Shown: piece after piece, positions 28,135-32,000 of the stretch
How the letters are laid out: each line of letters starts with the position of its first letter
How positions within the stretch are numbered: position 1 is the first letter of the stretch
Source of the DNA: Nitrosospira multiformis ATCC 25196
Lineage (GTDB): Bacteria > Pseudomonadota > Gammaproteobacteria > Burkholderiales > Nitrosomonadaceae
Length of the DNA stretch: 32,000 bases
Direction: 5' to 3'
Assembly (NCBI RefSeq): GCF_000196355.1
Contig: NC_007614.1
Span: 1,980,001 to 2,012,000, forward strand
Program-made: the position numbers and the translations under genes
The notes under the pieces: generated by a model
Database searches by the model: none
What the model was told of the DNA's origin: nothing
What the model saw: only the letters and a program-made list of their open reading frames with translations

Positions 28135-28702
28135 CGCGGAGGGTGGAACAGTGCCTTCCAAAGGAAGGTGTGACCCGGAGCGGGTTTACTGGCGCCATGA
28201 ATATCAGGTTTCTGTACCGCTCAATCAATTTTCCGGAATCCCGCAGGCAGCGATTGGGCGCCAGCGCGGAGGGTGGAACAGTGCCTTCCAAAGGAAGGTG
28301 TGACCCGGAGCGGGTTTACTGGCGCCATGAATATCAGGTTTCTGTACCGCTCAATCAATTTTCCGGAATCCCGCAGGCAGCGATTGGGCGCCAGCGCGGA
28401 GGGTGGAACAGTGCCTTCCAAAGGAAGGTGTGACCCGGAGCGGGTTTACTGGCGCCATGAATATCAGGTTTCTGTACCGCTCAATCAATTTTCCGGAATC
28501 CCGCAGGCAGCGATTGGGCGCCAGCGCGGAGGGTGGAACAGTGCCTTCCAAAGGAAGGTGTGACCCGGAGCGGGTTTACTGGCGCCATGAATATCAGGTT
28601 TCTGTACCGCTCAATCAATTTTCCGGAATCCCGCAGGCAGCGATTGGGCGCCAGCGCGGAGGGTGGAGCAGTGCCTTCCGAAGGAAGCTGCGACCCGGAG
28701 CG
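28135..28702. repeat. Tandem array of a 130-bp unit: four identical copies plus a diverged 47-nt fifth start
   Basis: Copies at 28136-28265, 28266-28395, 28396-28525 and 28526-28655 are identical base for base. 28656-28702 repeats unit positions 1-47 with 4 substitutions. The array starts 3 nt after the era stop. Confidence 0.97.
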
Positions 28703-28718
28703 TGCGGAAAACCGCACA
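28703..28718 (+). other. Small stem-loop at the distal edge of the repeat array
   Basis: GTGCGG AAAA CCGCAC, a 6-bp stem with no U-tract. It ends 33 nt before the recO ATG. Confidence 0.5.
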
Positions 28719-28751
28719 AGCGAAGATCGTAGCAGGGGCGCTCGCTAAAAC

Positions 28752-29480
28752 ATGAACGTAGATAAACAACGGCAGGAAGCACAACCCGCTTTTGTGTTGC
28801 ATAGCTATCCTTATCTTGAAACCAGCCTTATCGTGGAAGTTTTCACGCAAAATTCCGGGCGCATTGCCGTGGTTGCGAAAGGCGCCAAGCGGCCGACATC
28901 TCCACTACGGGGATTGCTGCGCGCATTCCAGCCTCTCCTGCTGAGCTGGGGAGGAAAGTCCGAATTACGCACTTTGCATAAGGCGGAATGGCAAGGTGGA
29001 CAATTACCCTTACAGGGAACTGCCCTGATATGCGGATTTTATCTCAATGAACTTTTGATACGGCTATTGCACCGCAATGATCCGCACGAGCGATTATTTG
29101 CCTGCTATCAGGAGGCCTTGTCCGATCTGAGTACGGCAAGTGATTATATTCCCATACTGCGCCGCTTCGAGCAGCGTCTCCTGCAGGAAATGGGTTATGC
29201 CTTGACGCTCGATCACGATGTTTCATCAGGAAAACCGATTAAACCAACCCAGATGTACTGCTACGAAATCGAGCGCGGCCCCATTGCGTCGAGCAACGGC
29301 AGCTGCCCCTTTAATCTCGAGTTAAGTGGAAAAACACTGCTGGATATGTATCAGGGAGACTATTTAGCGCCATTGACCCGTCTGCAGAGCAGGATCCTGA
29401 TGCGCCACCTTCTCAGCCACTATCTGGGAGATAAGCCATTACATACACGCCAGTTACTGAAAGAGTTTCAGCAATTGTAA
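28752..29480 (+). CDS. recO: DNA repair protein RecO
   Basis: 242 aa. The N-terminal OB-fold pattern AFVLHSYPYLETSLIVEVFTQNSGRIAVVAKGAKR is typical of RecO. It holds the conserved position after era. Confidence 0.9.
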   Translation: MNVDKQRQEAQPAFVLHSYPYLETSLIVEVFTQNSGRIAVVAKGAKRPTSPLRGLLRAFQPLLLSWGGKSELRTLHKAEWQGGQLPLQGTALICGFYLNELLIRLLHRNDPHERLFACYQEALSDLSTASDYIPILRRFEQRLLQEMGYALTLDHDVSSGKPIKPTQMYCYEIERGPIASSNGSCPFNLELSGKTLLDMYQGDYLAPLTRLQSRILMRHLLSHYLGDKPLHTRQLLKEFQQL

Positions 29481-29507
29481 TGCTCATCCCTGAGGAACAG
29501 GACGAAG

Positions 29508-29699
29508 TCAGCAGGCGACAGAGGGTAAACCATCCTCACGGAAGAGTGCGGCGCTGTGTTCAGCGTAGAATCCCCAGCCTTTATTTAGATCGCTTTGCTT
29601 CTGGATATCCCCAATCAAGCCGCCGCGCGAGCTCATGCCGCCGCGCGAAAATAACGGTATTTCATATCTCAAAATACCATTGAATGTCATCTGAGCCAT
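29508..29699 (-). CDS. Hypothetical 63-aa ORF (possibly a gene remnant)
   Basis: MAQMTFNGILRYEIPLFSRGGMSSRGGLIGDIQKQSDLNKGWGFYAEHSAALFREDGLPSVAC. An AGGTG lies 4 nt upstream of the ATG. It sits downstream of the DUF202 gene on the same strand. I recognise no family. The opposite-strand ORF (29480-29683) is Arg-rich and looks worse. Confidence 0.2.
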   Translation of the reverse strand: MAQMTFNGILRYEIPLFSRGGMSSRGGLIGDIQKQSDLNKGWGFYAEHSAALFREDGLPSVAC

Positions 29700-29793
29700 T
29701 ACACACCTGTCAGAGACGGCAGAAATGGCGGCAGCCGATTCACGAGCTAGGGTCTGCTAACCCCTTTCTGACATGCTCGACTCCCTGTATGTT

Positions 29794-30168
29794 TCATGTA
29801 AACAAGAGGTAAATTGCCAGCAGAAATCCTATGGTAGCAACCGATAAAGACAGGAACGATGAGAGCCAGGGTAAGGACAGCTTGGGCAGATCCTCAAGCG
29901 GCAACGAGCTTACATAATATCTGTGATTGAGCAATGCGCCGAGAATGGTCGCGGTGCCTGAGAGCACAAGAATAATGCCGAATACACCGGAGAGCCCATG
30001 AGCGCTGGCAGCACCTCCATTTCTGGAAATCCCCCCGGAAGCCACAAGAAGATTCAGAAACAGACCGAAGCGGGCGACGACGAAACCAAGCGCGATGACC
30101 GTCAACCCCGTGCGCACCCATGCTAAAAGTGTCCGCTCCGCCGCGAAGAAAACGCGCGGGTCCGACAT
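29794..30168 (-). CDS. DUF202 (YidH-like) small membrane protein
   Basis: Carries the FAAERTLLAWVRTGL motif of DUF202 and three hydrophobic helices. ATG 30168 is preceded by GGAG at good spacing, whereas the ORF-track start at 30234 is a TTG. Confidence 0.7.
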   Translation of the reverse strand: MSDPRVFFAAERTLLAWVRTGLTVIALGFVVARFGLFLNLLVASGGISRNGGAASAHGLSGVFGIILVLSGTATILGALLNHRYYVSSLPLEDLPKLSLPWLSSFLSLSVATIGFLLAIYLLFT

Positions 30169-30457
30169 TTTCTCCGAATCACCCTTTCCCCCTTGCAGGT
30201 TTTCAGACGCGGGATTTATAGTCGCCCTCTTCAATCAAATACGGGCCGGTCAGGAGTAACGACCCAAAGAATAATGTCCCCAAAGGCAATCAACTTGGCG
30301 ATCCGCTTTTATGTACATAGTGTCTTCGCTGCACACGCTATTATAATATAGTCATTTTTTGCCCGGTCTCTCCTGCCTCTTCCAGATGTGCGGGAGAGCA
30401 AATATCATTCAGGCAATCATTGAAAAAAAGCCGAATCAGGAAAACTCTCCCACTATC

Positions 30458-31183
30458 ATGATCAAACTCGGCGTTAATATCGATCACGTCGCCACCTTGC
30501 GCCAAGCGCGCGGTACAACCTATCCCGATCCGATAGAGGCGGCACTCATTGCCGAATCGGCCGGAGCAGATGCCATCACCTTGCACTTGCGCGAAGACCG
30601 GCGCCACATACAGGATAGAGACGTGGAAATCCTGCGCGGCGCCCTCAAGACCCGCATGAATCTGGAGAGCGCGGTCACGGATGAAATGATCGGATTTGCG
30701 CTGCGCATCAAACCCCATGATATCTGCCTTGTGCCGGAACGGCGCGAAGAATTGACAACCGAAGGCGGACTCGATGTGGCACGGCATTTCGAGCAAGTAC
30801 AACGCGCATGCCACAGGCTGGCTGAAGCCGGTATCCGGGTTTCACTCTTCGTCGATGCCGAGCCCGCGCAGATCGATGCGTCCGTCGAGGCAGGGGCACC
30901 GGTCATCGAAATTCACACTGGACATTACGCCGATGCGCAAACGACGGACGAGCAGCAAGGCGAGCTGGAGCGGGTCAGGGCGGCGGTAAGCAAGGGCCTG
31001 AACCACGGACTCACGGTCAACGCCGGGCACGGATTGCATTACCTGAATGTTCAGGCAATCGCCGCAATCCCTGGCGTGTCGGAGCTCAACATCGGGCACG
31101 CGATCGTGGCTCGTGCATTGTTCGTGGGCTTCGAGCGGGCAGTCCGGGAAATGAAAAACCTGATGCTGGAAGCATGTAAATGA
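30458..31183 (+). CDS. pdxJ: Pyridoxine 5'-phosphate synthase
   Basis: [19 protein letters not shown]..., [20 protein letters not shown]. Gives 241 aa from ATG 30458. The ORF-track start at 30359 adds 33 non-conserved residues. Confidence 0.95.
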   Translation: MIKLGVNIDHVATLRQARGTTYPDPIEAALIAESAGADAITLHLREDRRHIQDRDVEILRGALKTRMNLESAVTDEMIGFALRIKPHDICLVPERREELTTEGGLDVARHFEQVQRACHRLAEAGIRVSLFVDAEPAQIDASVEAGAPVIEIHTGHYADAQTTDEQQGELERVRAAVSKGLNHGLTVNAGHGLHYLNVQAIAAIPGVSELNIGHAIVARALFVGFERAVREMKNLMLEACK

Positions 31184-31557
31184 TCTATGGGATCGGAACC
31201 GATCTGGTTGAAACCTCGCGTATTACGCGCCTGCTGGAAAAATACGGAGAGCGTTTCGCCCGGCGCCTGCTGACAGACGAGGAGTGGCCGGAATATGCAA
31301 AAAGCATGCAGCCCGCAATGTTCCTGGCAAAGCGTTTTGCCGCCAAGGAAGCCCTCGCCAAAGCCTTTGGCACGGGTATCCGTCATCCTGTCAGCCTGAG
31401 CCATATCGGAGTAACCCATGATACCCTGGGCAAACCCTATTTCAAATTCCACCCTGAATTGCATACCCTCGTCCAAAACGAAGGCATCACCCGTCACCAT
31501 CTCTCCATCAGTGACGAGTTGAACCTCGCTTGCGCTTTTGTCATATTGGAAAAATAA
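31180..31557 (+). CDS. acpS: Holo-[acyl-carrier-protein] synthase
   Basis: 125 aa. [11 protein letters not shown]... and [15 protein letters not shown] motifs. ATGA overlap with the pdxJ stop. Confidence 0.9.
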   Translation: MIYGIGTDLVETSRITRLLEKYGERFARRLLTDEEWPEYAKSMQPAMFLAKRFAAKEALAKAFGTGIRHPVSLSHIGVTHDTLGKPYFKFHPELHTLVQNEGITRHHLSISDELNLACAFVILEK

Positions 31558-32000
31558 ATGTCGCTCGGTCCCGTCATACTCGATATCGAAGGCACGCAAC
31601 TCACCGCCAACGATAAGAAAAAACTCCGGCACCCGCTGGTTGGAGGGGTGATCCTGTTCACGCGCAACTATTCCTCGCTTGCGCAACTCATGCATCTGAC
31701 TGCTGAAATCCATGCGCTGCGAACGCCGCCACTCCTGGTCGCCGTCGATCACGAAGGAGGCAGAGTTCAACGTTTCCGGGAAGATTTCACGCGCCTGCCC
31801 CCCATGCGAGAACTGGGCAGGATCTGGGATGAGCATCCTGCCCAGGCGCGGCATCTGGCGCATGAGGCGGGATATGTCCTGGCGGCGGAACTACGGGCTG
31901 CGGGCGTGGACTTCAGTTTTACACCGGTCCTGGATATGGATTATGGCCAAAGCAGCGTCATCCGCGACCGTGCTTTTCACCGTGACCCGCAAGCCATTGC
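31558..32000 (+). CDS. nagZ: Beta-N-acetylhexosaminidase NagZ, N-terminal part (runs off the window)
   Basis: The ATG follows the acpS TAA immediately. My translation is [38 protein letters not shown]...[15 protein letters not shown]...[12 protein letters not shown], which are GH3 NagZ motifs. It is absent from the ORF track because there is no stop in the window. Confidence 0.9.
   Translation, partial: MSLGPVILDIEGTQLTANDKKKLRHPLVGGVILFTRNYSSLAQLMHLTAEIHALRTPPLLVAVDHEGGRVQRFREDFTRLPPMRELGRIWDEHPAQARHLAHEAGYVLAAELRAAGVDFSFTPVLDMDYGQSSVIRDRAFHRDPQAI

Noticed and set aside
28136-28265. Self-cleaving ribozyme (hammerhead/twister-like) in each repeat unit, which would yield unit-length RNAs
   Set aside because: Scanning both strands by eye, I found no hammerhead core (CUGAUGA...GAAA; the closest is CUGAUAU on the minus strand). 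I found only a loose GGAGGG resemblance to twister. This is not supportable without covariance-model searches.
28135-28702. CRISPR array interpretation of the periodic repeat
   Set aside because: The whole 130-bp period is identical between copies, so there are no unique spacers. No cas genes or leader are present.
28125-28850. Eight overlapping 66-109 aa ORFs on both strands with near-identical protein sequences (e.g. MEQCLPKEGVTRSGFTGAMNIRF..., MEGTVPPSALAPNRCLRDSGKLIERY...)
   Set aside because: They are the 130-bp tandem repeat read in rotating frames (130 is not divisible by 3). Most begin at GTG (the first plus-strand ORF begins at ATG). They overlap each other out of frame and lack RBS context. 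They are artefacts of the repeat, not a paralogous gene family.

Overview
Chromosomal window that looks betaproteobacterial. Gene content and order feel Nitrosomonadaceae-like, but that is an impression I cannot verify here. Bases 1-9205 (minus strand) hold a translationally coupled pel exopolysaccharide operon in the order pelA, pelB-like, pelD, pelE, pelF, with pelF running off the window. It has no pelC, and the PelB-like TPR protein shows no visible C-terminal beta-barrel. Next come ygfZ with a divergent YgfX/CptA-like membrane protein, a CysB-family regulator, an ABC exporter, and a zinc-phospholipase-C-like protein coupled to a small lipoprotein. The rest matches the E. coli order nadB / rpoE-rseAB / lepAB / rnc-era-recO / pdxJ-acpS, followed by nagZ. 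Four insertions interrupt that conserved backbone. (1) A CDF transporter plus a 16-Cys four-helix-bundle protein, with a small inverted-repeat element. (2) degP plus a CxxC glutaredoxin-like gene where E. coli has rseC. (3) A DUF202 gene between recO and pdxJ. (4) Four base-perfect 130-bp tandem repeats plus a diverged partial fifth, which fill the era-recO spacer and are rich in self-complementarity. The tandem array is the most striking feature. I saw no rRNA, tRNA, CRISPR array, transposase or recognisable defence genes. All functional calls rest on motif recognition by eye, with no database search.
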